Shown here piece after piece: positions 48,901-63,060 of a DNA stretch of 64,000 nucleotides. The DNA is from Eledone cirrhosa (Eukaryota). The translations under genes and the position numbers were made by a program. Each line of letters starts with the position of its first letter. The stretch's first letter is position 1. The notes under the pieces were generated by a model that did no database searches, was not told where the DNA came from, and saw nothing but the letters and a program-made list of their open reading frames with translations. The DNA lies in assembly GCA_964016885.1 (NCBI GenBank), contig OZ024755.1, forward strand, positions 44,950,001-45,014,000, written 5' to 3'.

Positions 48901-50235
48901 CCACAGTTGAAAGTACCAACGTATACTTGTACCAGAGTTGACAGTACCAACATATTCTGTGTACCACAATTGACGTTACCATCATATACTGTGTACCACA
49001 GTTGACAGTACCAACATATACATTGTACCACAGTTGACAGTACCCACATATACTGGGTACCACAGTTGACAATAGCATCATATAATGTGTACCACAGTTG
49101 ACACTACCAACATAAACTGTGTACCACAGTTGGTAGTACCAACATATACTGTGTACCACAGTTGACAGTACCAACGTATACTGTGTACCACAGTTGACAG
49201 TACCAACATATACTGTGTACCACAGTTGACAGTACCAACATATACTGTGTACCACAGTTGACAGTACCAACGTATACTGTGTACCACAGTTGACAGTACC
49301 AACATATACTGTGTACCACAGTTGACAGTACCAACATATACTGTGTACCACAGTTGGCAGTACCAACAAATACTGTGTACCACATTTGACAGTACCAACA
49401 TATACAGTGTACTACAGTTGACAGTACCAACATATACAGTGTACCACAGTTGACAGTACCAACATATACTGTGTGCCATATTTGAGAGTACCAACGTATA
49501 CTGCGTACCACAGTTGACAGTACCAACATATACTGTGTACCATAGTTGACAGTATCAACGTATATGTGTACCACTGTTGTCAGTACTAACATATGCCGTG
49601 TACCACAGTTGAGAGTACCAACATATACTGTGTACCACAGTTGACAGTACCGACATATACTGTGTACCTCAGTTGACAGTACCAACATATACTGTGTACC
49701 ACAGTTGATAGTACCAACATATACTGTGTACCACAGTTGACAGTACCAACGTATACTGTGTACCACGGTTGACAGTACCAACATATACTGTGTCCCACAG
49801 TTGACAGTACCAACATATACTGTGTACCACAGTTGACAGTACTAACATATACTGTGTACCACAGTTGACAGTACCAACATATTCTGTGTACCACAGTTGA
49901 CAGTACCAACATAGACTGTGTACCACAGTTGACAGTACTAACAGATACTGTGTACCACAGTTGACAGTACCCACATATAATGGGTAGCACAGTTGACAGT
50001 ACCAATGTATACCGTGTACCACAGTTGACAGTACCAACATATACTGTGTAGCACAGTTTACAGTACCCACGTATACTGTGTACCACAGTTGACAGTACCA
50101 ACATATAATATGTACCACAGTTGAAAGTACCAACGTATACTGTGTACCACTGTTGACAGTACCAACGTATACTGTGTACCACAGTTGACAGTACCAACAT
50201 ATACTATGTACCACAGTTGATAGTACCAACATATA
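33970..50235 (+). repeat. Near-identical tandem duplication of a ~8.15 kb block (about 255 monomers)
   Basis: A long series of identical or near-identical ORF pairs has offset 8155 (35858/44013, 36329/44484, 37821/45976, 39867/48022, 41431/49586). The offset is 8188 at the left end (34126/42314) and locally 8219 (35291/43510). Confidence 0.95.
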
Positions 50236-53200
50236 CCGTGTACCACAGTTGACAGTACCATCATATACTGTGTACTACAGTTGACAGTACCAACATATAC
50301 TGTGTACCACAGTTGACAGTACCAACATATACTGTGTAACACAGTTGACAGTACCAAAGTATACTGTGTTGCACAGTTGACAGTAACAACATATACTGGG
50401 TACCAAAGTTGACAGTACCAACGTATACTGTGTACCACAGTGGACAGTACCCACATATACTGGGTACCACAGTTGACAATACCATCATATACTGTGTACC
50501 ACAGTAGACACTAACAACATAAACTGTGTACCACAGTTGACAGTACCAATATATACTGTGTACCACAGTTGACAGAACCAACAATTACTGTGTACCACTG
50601 TTGACAGTACCAACATATATTGTGTGCCACTGTTCACAGTACCAACATATACGGTGTACCACAGTTGACAATACCAACGTATACTGTGTACCACAGTTGA
50701 CAGTACCAACATATACTGTGTACCACAGTTGACAGTACCAACGTATACTGTGTACCACAGTTGACAATACCATCATATAGTGTGTAGCACATTTGATAGT
50801 ACCAACATATACTGTGTACCACAGTTGACAGTACCATCTTATACTGTGTACCACAGTTGACAGTACCAACGTATAATGTGTACCACAGTTGAAAGTACCA
50901 ACGTATACTGTGAACCACAGTTGACAGTATCAACATATACTGTGTACCACAGTTGACAGTACCAACATAAACTGTGTACCACAGTTGACAGTACCAACGT
51001 ATACTGTGTACCAGAGTTGACAGTACCAACGTATATGTGTACAACATATTGACAGTACCAACATATACTGTGTACCAGAGTTGACAGTACCAACATATAC
51101 TGTGTACCTCAGTTGACAGTGTCAACATATACTTTGTACCACAGTTGACAGTACCAACATATACTGTGTACCACAGTTGACAGTACCAACATATACTGTG
51201 TACCACATTTGACAGTACCAACATATACTGTGTACCACAGTTGACAGTACCAACATATACCGTAGTACCACATTTGACAGTACCAACATATACTGTGTAC
51301 CACAGTTGACAGTACCAACATATACTGTGTACCACTGTTGACAGTACCAACGTATACTGTGTACCAAAGTTAACAGTACCAACATATAATGTGTACCACA
51401 GTTGATAGAACCAACATATACCGTGTACCACAGTTGACAGTACCAACATATACTGTGTACTACAGTTGACAGTACCAACGTATACTGAGTACCACAGTTG
51501 ACAGTACTCACATATACTGGGTACCACAGTTGACAATACCATCATATACTGTGTACCACAGTTGACACTACCAACATAAACTGTGTACCACAGTTGGCAG
51601 TACCAACATATACTGTGTACCACAGTTGAAAGTACCAACGTATACTGTGTACCACAGTTGACAGTACCAACATATACCGTGTACCACAGTTGACAGTACC
51701 AACATATACTGTGAACCACAGTTGACAGTACCAACGTATACTGTGTACCACATTTGACAGTACCAACATATACTGTGTACCATAGTTGACAGTAACACGT
51801 ATACTGCGTACCACAGTTGACAGTACCAACATATACTGTGTACCAGAGTTGACAGTACCAACATATACTGTGTACCATAGTTGACAGTATCAACGTATAT
51901 GTGTACCACTGTTGTCAGTACTAACATATGCCGTGTACCACAGTTGACAGTACCAACATATACTGTGTACCACAGTTGACAGTACCGACATATCCTGTGT
52001 ACCTCAGTTGACAGTACCAACATATACTGTGTACCACAGTTGATAGTACCAACATATACTGTGTACCACAGTTGACAGTACCAATGTATACTGTTTACCA
52101 CAGTTGACAGTACCAACATATACTGTGTCCGACAGTTGACAGTACCAACATATACTGTGTACCACAGTTGACAGTACTAACATATACTGTGTACCACAGT
52201 TGACAGTACCAACATATCCTGTGTACCATAGTTGACAGTACCAACATATACTGTGTACCACAGTTGACAGTACTAACAGATACTGTGTACCAGAGTTGAC
52301 AGTACCCACATATACTGAGTAGCACAGTTGACAGTACCAATGTATACTGTGTACCACAGTTGACAGTACCAACATATATTGTGTAGCACTGTTGACGGTA
52401 CCCACATATACTGGGTACCACAGTTGAGAGTACCCACGTATACTGTGTAACACAGTTGACAGTACCAACATATAATATGTACCACAGTTGAAAGTACCAA
52501 CGTATACTGTGTACCACTGTTGACAGTACCAACATATACTGTGTACCACAGTTGACAGTACCAACATATACTGTGTGCCACTGTTCACAGTACCATCTTA
52601 TACTGTGTACCACAGTTGACAATACCATCATATAGTGTGTACCACAATTGACAGTACCAACATATACTGTGTACCACAGTTGACAGTACCATCTTATACT
52701 GTGTACCACAGTTGACAGTACCAACGTATAATGTGTACCACAGTTGAAAGTACCAACGTATACTGTGTACCACAGTTGACAGTACCAGCATATACTGTGT
52801 ACCACAGTTGACAGTACCAACATATACTGTGTACCACAGTTGACAGTACAAACATATACTGTGTACCACAGTTGACAGTACCAACATATACCGTAGTACC
52901 ACATTTGAGAGTACCAACATATACTGTGTACCACAGTTGACAGTACCAACGTATACTGTGTACCACAGTTAACAGTACCAACATATAATGTGTACCACAG
53001 TTGACAGTACCAACGTATACTGTGTATCACTGTTGACAGTACCAACATATACTGTGTACCACAGTTGACAGTACCAACATATACTGTGTACCATAGTTGA
53101 CAGTACCAACGGATACTGTGTACCACATTTGACAGTACCAACATATACTGTGTACCACAGCTGGCAGTACCAACATATACTGTGTACCACAGTTGACAGT

Positions 53201-53689
53201 ACCAACATATACTGTGTACCACAGTTGACAGTACCAACATATACTGTGTACCACAGTTGACAGTACCAACATATATTTTGTACCACAGTTCACAGTACCA
53301 ACATATACTGTGTACCACAGTTGACAGTACCAACATATACTGTGTACCACAGTTGACAGTACTAACATATACTGTGTACCAGCTTTGACAGTACCAACAT
53401 ATACTGTGTACAAGAGTGACAGTACTAACATATACTGTGTACCACAGTTGACAGTACCAACATATACTGTGTACCACAGTTGACAGTACCAACATATACT
53501 GTGTACCACAGTTGACAGTACCCACATATAATGGGTACCACAGTTGACAGTACCCACGTATACTGTGTACCACAGTTGACAGTACCAACATATAATATGT
53601 ACCACAGTTGAAAGTACCAACATATACTGTGTACCACAGTTGACAGTACCAACATATACTGTGTACCACAATTGATAGTACCAACATAT

Positions 53690-56600
53690 ATTGTGTACCA
53701 TAGTTGACAGTATCAACGTATATGTGTACCACTGTTGTCAGTACTAACATATGCCGTGTACCACAGTTGACAGTACCAACATATACTGTGTACCACAGTT
53801 GACAGTACCGACATATCCTGTGTACCTCAGTTGACAGTACCAACATATACTGTGTACCACAATTGATAGTACCAACATATACTGTGTACCACAGTTCACA
53901 GTACCAACGTATACTGTTTACCACAGTTGACAGTACCAATATATACTGTGTCCGACAGTTGACAGTACCAATGTATACTGTGTACCACAGTTGACAGTAC
54001 TAACATATACTGTGTACCACAGTTGACAGTACCAACATATCCTGTGTACCATAGTTGACAGTACCAACATATACTGTGTACCACAGTTGACAGTACTAAC
54101 AGATACTGTGTACCAGAGTTGACAGTACCCACATATACTGAGTAGCACAGTTGACAGTACCAATGTATACTGTGTACCACATTTGACAGTACCGACATAT
54201 ATTGTGTAGCACAGTTGACAGTACCCACATATACTGGGTACCACAGTTGACAGTACCCACGTATACTGTGTACCACAGTTGACAGTACCAACATATAATA
54301 TGTACCACAGTTGAAAGTACCAACATATACTGTGTACCACAGTTGACAGTACCAACATATACTGTGTACCACAGTTGACAGTACCAAAGTATACTGTGTT
54401 GCACAGTTGACAGTACCCACATATACTGGGTACCACAGTTGACAGTACCAACGTATACTGTGTACCACAGTTGACAGTACCCACATATACTGGGTACCAC
54501 AGTTGACAATACCATCATATATTGTGTACCACAGTAGACACTACCAACATAAACTGTGTACCACAGTTGACAGTACCAATATATACTGTGTACCACAGTT
54601 GGCAGTACCAACATATACTGTGTACCACAGTTGACAGTACCAACATATACTGTGTACCACAGTTGACAGAACCAACAATTACTGTGTACCACAGTTGACA
54701 GTACCAACATATACTGTGTGCCACTGTTCACAGTACCACAGTTGACAATACCAACGTATACTGTGTACCACAGTTGACAGTACCAACATATACTGTGTAC
54801 CACAGTTGACAGTACCAACGTATACTGTGTACCACAGTTGACAATACCATCATATAGTGTGTACCACAGTTGACAGTACCATCTTATACTGTGTACCACA
54901 GTTGACAGTACCAACGTATAATGTGTACCACAGTTGAAAGTACCAACGTATACTGTGTACCACAGTTGACAGTACCAGCATATACTGTGTACCACAGTTG
55001 ACAGTACCAACATACACTGTGTACCACAGTTGACAGTACAAACATATACTGTGTACCACAGTTGACAGTACCAACATATACTGTAGTACCACATTTGAGA
55101 GTACCAACATATACTGTGTACCACAGTTGACAGTACCAACATATACTGTGTACCACTGTTGACAGTACCAACGTATACTGTGTACCACAGTTAACAGTAC
55201 CAACATATAATGTGTACCACAGTTGACAGTACCAACGTATACTGTGTATCACTGTTGACAGTACCAACATATACAGTGTACCAATGTTGACAGTACCAAC
55301 ATATACTGTGTACCACAGTTGACAGTACCAACATATACTGTGTACCATAGTTGACAGTACCAACGGATACTGTGTACCACATTTGACAGTACCAACATAT
55401 ACTGTGTACCACAGCTGGCAGTACCAACATATATTTTGTACCACAGTTGACAGTACCAACATATATTTTGTACCACAGTTCACAGTACCAACATATACTG
55501 TGTACCACAGTTGACAGTACCAACATATACTGTGTACCACAGTTGACAGTACTAACATATACTGTGTACCAGATTTGACAGTACCAACATATACTGTGTA
55601 CCAGAGTGACAGTACTAACATATACTGTGTACCACAGTTGACAGTACCAACATATACTGTGTACCACAGTTGACAGTACCAACATATACTGTGTCCGACA
55701 GTTGACAGTACCAATGTATACTGAGTACCACAGTTGACAGTACTAACATATACTGTGTACCACAGTTGACAGTACCAACATATCCTGTGTACCATAGTTG
55801 ACAGTACCAACATATACTGTGTACCACAGTTGACAGTACTGACAGATACTGTGTACCAGAGTTGACAGTACCCACATATACTGAGTAGCACAGTTGACAG
55901 TACCAATGTATACTGTGTACCACATTTGACAGTACCGACATATATTGTGTAGCACAGTTGACAGTACCCACATATACTGTGTACCACAGTTGACAGTACC
56001 CACGTATACGGTGTACCACAGTTGACAGTACCAACATATACTGTGTACCACTGTTGACAGTACTAACATATACTGTGTACCAGAGTTGACAGTACCAACA
56101 TATACTGTGTACCACAGTTGACAGCACCAACATATACTGTGTACCACAGTTGACAATACCAACGTATTCTGTGTACCACAGTTGACAGTACCAACATATA
56201 CTGTGTACCACTGTTGACAGTACTAACGTATAATGTGTACCACAGTTAAGAGTACCAACATATACTGTGTACCACAGTTGACAGTACCAACGTATACTGT
56301 GTACCACTGTTGACAGTACCAACATATACAATGTACCACAGTTGACAGTACCAACATATAATGTGTACCACAGTTGACAGTACCAACATATACTGTGTAC
56401 CATAGTTGACAGTACCAACTTATACTGTGTACCGCAGTTGACAGTACCAACATATACTGTGTACCATACATGACAGTACCAACGTATACTGTGTACCTCA
56501 CTTGACAGTACCAACATATACTGTGTACCAGAGTTGACAGTACCAACATATACTGTGTACCACTGTTGACAGTACCAACATATACTGTGTACCACATTTG

Positions 56601-59600
56601 ACAGTACCAACGTATACTGTGTACCAAAGTTGAGAGTACTAATATATACTGTGTACCACAGTTGACAGTACCAACATATACTGTGTACCACAGTTGAAAG
56701 TACTAACATATACTGTGTACCACAGGTGACAGTATCCACGTATATGTGTACCACAGTTGACAGTATCAACGTAATGTGTACCACATTTTGACAGTACCAA
56801 CATATACTGTGTACCACAGCTGACAGTACCAACGTATACTGTGTACCACAGTTGACAGTACCAACGTATACTGTGTACCACAGTTGACATTACCAACATA
56901 AACTGTGTACCACAGTTGACAGTACCAACGTATATGTGTACAACATATTGACAGTACCAACATATACTGTGTACCAGAGATGACAGTACCAACATATACT
57001 GTGTACCTCAGGTGACAGTGTCAACATATACTTTGTACCACAGTTGACAGTACCAACATATACTGTGTACCACAGTTTACAGTACCAACATATACTGTGT
57101 ACCACATTTGACAGTACCAACATATACTGTGTACCACAGTTGACAGTACCAACATATACTGTGTACCATAGTTGACAGTACTAACATATACTGTGTACCA
57201 CAGTTGACAGTACCAACATATACTGTGTACCATAGTTGACAGTTCCAACATATACTGTGTACCTCAGTTGACAGTATCAACATATACTGTGTACCACAGT
57301 TGACATTACCAACATATACTGTGTACCACAGTTGAGAGTACCAACTTATACTGTATATCACAGTTGACAGTACCAACATATACCGTGTACCACATTTGAG
57401 AGTACCAACATATACTGTGTACCACAATTGACAGTACCAACATATACTGTGTACCATAGTTGACAGTACTAACATATACTGTGTACCACAGTTGACAGTA
57501 CCAACATATACTGTGTACCATAGTTGACAGTTCCAACATATACTGTGTACCTCAGTTGACAGTATCAACATATACTGTGTACCACAGTTGACATTACCAA
57601 CATATACTGTGTACCACAGTTGAGAGTACCAACTTATACTGTATATCACAGTTGACAGTACCAACATATACCGTGTACCACATTTGAGAGTACCAACATA
57701 TACTGTGTACCACAATTGACAGTACCAACATATACTGTGTACCACAGTTGACAGTACCAACATATACTGTGTACCACAGTTGACAGAACCAACAATTACT
57801 GTGTACCACAGTTGACAGTACCAACATATACTGTGTGCCACTGTTCACAGTACCACAGTTGACAATACCAACGTATACTGTGTACCACAGTTGACAGTAC
57901 CAACATATACTGTGTACCACAGTTGACAGTACCAACGTATACTGTGTACCACAGTTGACAATACCATCATATAGTGTGTACCACAGTTGACAGTACCATC
58001 TTATACTGTGTACCACAGTTGACAGTACCAACGTATAATGTGTACCACAGTTGAAAGTACCAACGTATACTGTGTACCACAGTTGACAGTACCAGCATAT
58101 ACTGTGTACCACAGTTGACAGTACCAACATACACTGTGTACCACAGTTGACAGTACAAACATATACTGTGTACCACAGTTGACAGTACCAACATATACTG
58201 TAGTACCACATTTGAGAGTACCAACATATACTGTGTACCACAGTTGACAGTACCAACATATACTGTGTACCACTGTTGACAGTACCAACGTATACTGTGT
58301 ACCACAGTTAACAGTACCAACATATAATGTGTACCACAGTTGACAGTACCAACGTATACTGTGTATCACTGTTGACAGTACCAACATATACAGTGTACCA
58401 ATGTTGACAGTACCAACATATACTGTGTACCACAGTTGACAGTACCAACATATACTGTGTACCATAGTTGACAGTACCAACGGATACTGTGTACCACATT
58501 TGACAGTACCAACATATACTGTGTACCACAGCTGGCAGTACCAACATATATTTTGTACCACAGTTGACAGTACCAACATATATTTTGTACCACAGTTCAC
58601 AGTACCAACATATACTGTGTACCACAGTTGACAGTACCAACATATACTGTGTACCACAGTTGACAGTACTAACATATACTGTGTACCAGATTTGACAGTA
58701 CCAACATATACTGTGTACCAGAGTGACAGTACTAACATATACTGTGTACCACAGTTGACAGTACCAACATATACTGTGTACCACAGTTGACAGTACCAAC
58801 ATATACTGTGTCCGACAGTTGACAGTACCAATGTATACTGAGTACCACTGTTGACAGTACTAACATATACTGTGTACCACAGTTGACAGTACCAACATAT
58901 CCTGTGTACCATAGTTGACAGTACCAACATATACTGTGTACCACAGTTGACAGTACTGACAGATACTGTGTACCAGAGTTGACAGTACCCACATATACTG
59001 AGTAGCACAGTTGACAGTACCAATGTATACTGTGTACCACATTTGACAGTACCGACATATATTGTGTAGCACAGTTGACAGTACCCACATATACTGTGTA
59101 CCACAGTTGACAGTACCCACGTATACGGTGTACCACAGTTGACAGTACCAACATATACTGTGTACCACTGTTGACAGTACTAACATATACTGTGTACCAG
59201 AGTTGACAGTACCAACATATACTGTGTACCACAGTTGACAGCACCAACATATACTGTGTACCACAGTTGACAATACCAACGTATTCTGTGTACCACAGTT
59301 GACAGTACCAACATATACTGTGTACCACTGTTGACAGTACTAACGTATAATGTGTACCACAGTTAAGAGTACCAACATATACTGTGTACCACAGTTGACA
59401 GTACCAACGTATACTGTGTACCACTGTTGACAGTACCAACATATACAATGTACCACAGTTGACAGTACCAACATATAATGTGTACCACAGTTGACAGTAC
59501 CAACATATACTGTGTACCATAGTTGACAGTACCAACTTATACTGTGTACCGCAGTTGACAGTACCAACATATACTGTGTACCATACATGACAGTACCAAC

Positions 59601-62600
59601 GTATACTGTGTACCTCACTTGACAGTACCAACATATACTGTGTACCAGAGTTGACAGTACCAACATATACTGTGTACCACTGTTGACAGTACCAACATAT
59701 ACTGTGTACCACATTTGACAGTACCAACGTATACTGTGTACCAAAGTTGAGAGTACTAATATATACTGTGTACCACAGTTGACAGTACCAACATATACTG
59801 TGTACCACAGTTGAAAGTACTAACATATACTGTGTACCACAGGTGACAGTATCCACGTATATGTGTACCACAGTTGACAGTATCAACGTAATGTGTACCA
59901 CATTTTGACAGTACCAACATATACTGTGTACCACAGCTGACAGTACCAACGTATACTGTGTACCACAGTTGACAGTACCAACGTATACTGTGTACCACAG
60001 TTGACATTACCAACATAAACTGTGTACCACAGTTGACAGTACCAACGTATATGTGTACAACATATTGACAGTACCAACATATACTGTGTACCAGAGATGA
60101 CAGTACCAACATATACTGTGTACCTCAGGTGACAGTGTCAACATATACTTTGTACCACAGTTGACAGTACCAACATATACTGTGTACCACAGTTTACAGT
60201 ACCAACATATACTGTGTACCACATTTGACAGTACCAACATATACTGTGTACCACAGTTGACAGTACCAACATATACTGTGTACCATAGTTGACAGTACTA
60301 ACATATACTGTGTACCACAGTTGACAGTACCAACATATACTGTGTACCATAGTTGACAGTTCCAACATATACTGTGTACCTCAGTTGACAGTATCAACAT
60401 ATACTGTGTACCACAGTTGACATTACCAACATATACTGTGTACCACAGTTGAGAGTACCAACTTATACTGTATATCACAGTTGACAGTACCAACATATAC
60501 CGTGTACCACATTTGAGAGTACCAACATATACTGTGTACCACAATTGACAGTACCAACATATACTGTGTACCACTGTTGACAGTACCAACATATACTGTG
60601 TGCCACTGTTCACAGTACCAACATATACGGTGCACCACAGTTGACAATACCAACGTATACTGTGTACCACAGTTGACAGTACCAACATATACTGTGTACC
60701 ACAGTTGACAGTACCAACATATATTGTGTACCATAGTTGACAGTATCAACGTATATGTGTACCACTGTTGTCAGTACTAACATATGCCGTGTACCACAGT
60801 TGACAGTACCAACATATACTGTGTACCACAGTTGACAGTACCGACATATCCTGTGTACCTCAGTTGACAGTACCAACATATACTGTGTACCACAATTGAT
60901 AGTACCAACATATACTGTGTACCACAGTTCACAGTACCAACGTATACTGTTTACCACAGTTGACAGTACCAATATATACTGTGTCCGACAGTTGACAGTA
61001 CCAATGTATACTGTGTACCACAGTTGACAGTACTAACATATACTGTGTACCACAGTTGACAGTACCAACATATCCTGTGTACCATAGTTGACAGTACCAA
61101 CATATACTGTGTACCACAGTTGACAGTACTAACAGATACTGTGTACCAGAGTTGACAGTACCCACATATACTGAGTAGCACAGTTGACAGTACCAATGTA
61201 TACTGTGTACCACATTTGACAGTACCGACATATATTGTGTAGCACAGTTGACAGTACCCACATATACTGGGTACCACAGTTGACAGTACCCACGTATACT
61301 GTGTACCACAGTTGACAGTACCAACATATAATATGTACCACAGTTGAAAGTACCAACATATACTGTGTACCACAGTTGACAGTACCAACATATACTGTGT
61401 ACCACAGTTGACAGTACCAAAGTATACTGTGTTGCACAGTTGACAGTACCCACATATACTGGGTACCACAGTTGACAGTACCAACGTATACTGTGTACCA
61501 CAGTTGACAGTACCCACATATACTGGGTACCACAGTTGACAATACCATCATATGTTGTGTACCACAGTAGACACTACCAACATAAACTGTGTACCACAGT
61601 TGACAGTACCAATATATACTGTGTCCCACAGTTGGCAGTACCAACATATACTGTGTACCACAGTTGACAGTACCAACATATACTGTGTACCACAGTTGAC
61701 AGAACCAACAATTACTGTGTACCACAGTTGACAGTACCAACATATACTGTGTGCCACTGTTCACAGTACCACAGTTGACAATACCAACGTATACTGTGTA
61801 CCACAGTTGACAGTACCAACATATACTGTGTACCACAGTTGACAGTACCAACGTATACTGTGTACCACAGTTGACAATACCATCATATAGTGTGTACCAC
61901 AGTTGACAGTACCATCTTATACTGTGTACCACAGTTGACAGTACCAACGTATAATGTGTACCACAGTTGAAAGTACCAACGTATACTGTGTACCACAGTT
62001 GACAGTACCAGCATATACTGTGTACCACAGTTGACAGTACCAACATACACTGTGTACCACAGTTGACAGTACAAACATATACTGTGTACCACAGTTGACA
62101 GTACCAACATATACTGTAGTACCACATTTGAGAGTACCAACATATACTGTGTACCACAGTTGACAGTACCAACATATACTGTGTACCACTGTTGACAGTA
62201 CCAACGTATACTGTGTACCACAGTTAACAGTACCAACATATAATGTGTACCACAGTTGACAGTACCAACGTATACTGTGTATCACTGTTGACAGTACCAA
62301 CATATACAGTGTACCAATGTTGACAGTACCAACATATACTGTGTACCACAGTTGACAGTACCAACATATACTGTGTACCATAGTTGACAGTACCAACGGA
62401 TACTGTGTACCACATTTGACAGTACCAACATATACTGTGTACCACAGCTGGCAGTACCAACATATATTTTGTACCACAGTTGACAGTACCAACATATATT
62501 TTGTACCACAGTTCACAGTACCAACATATACTGTGTACCACAGTTGACAGTACCAACATATACTGTGTACCACAGTTGACAGTACTAACATATACTGTGT

Positions 62601-63060
62601 ACCAGATTTGACAGTACCAACATATACTGTGTACCAGAGTGACAGTACTAACATATACTGTGTACCACAGTTGACAGTACCAACATATACTGTGTACCAC
62701 AGTTGACAGTACCAACATATACTGTGTCCGACAGTTGACAGTACCAATGTATACTGAGTACCACAGTTGACAGTACCAACATATCCTGTGTACCATAGTT
62801 GATAGTACCAACATATACTGTGTACCACAGTTGACAGTACTGACAGATACTGTGTACCAGAGTTGACAGTACCCACATATACTGAGTAGCACAGTTGACA
62901 GTACCAATGTATACTGTGTACCACATTTGACAGTACCGACATATATTGTGTAGCACAGTTGACAGTACCCACATATACTGGGTACCACAGTTGACAGTAC
63001 CCACGTATACGGTGTACCACAGTTGACAGTACCAACATATACTGTGTACCACTGTTGACA
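53690..63060 (+). repeat. Duplication of ~53690-56060 at ~60720-63060 (offset 7033)
   Basis: ORF pairs 53896..54486/60929..61519, 54096..55142/61129..62175 and 54850..55206/61883..62239 are offset by 7033. The half-monomer deletion marker occurs at 54733 and 61766. Confidence 0.9.
54610..60570 (+). repeat. Tandem duplication with 3117-bp offset, including a 288-bp (9-monomer) local duplication at ~57140-57720
   Basis: ORF pairs 54850/57967, 55615/58732, 56639/59756 and 57021/60138 are all offset by 3117. The TTCCAAC variant at 57243 and 57531, and ORF left ends 57306/57594, are offset by 288. Confidence 0.92.
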
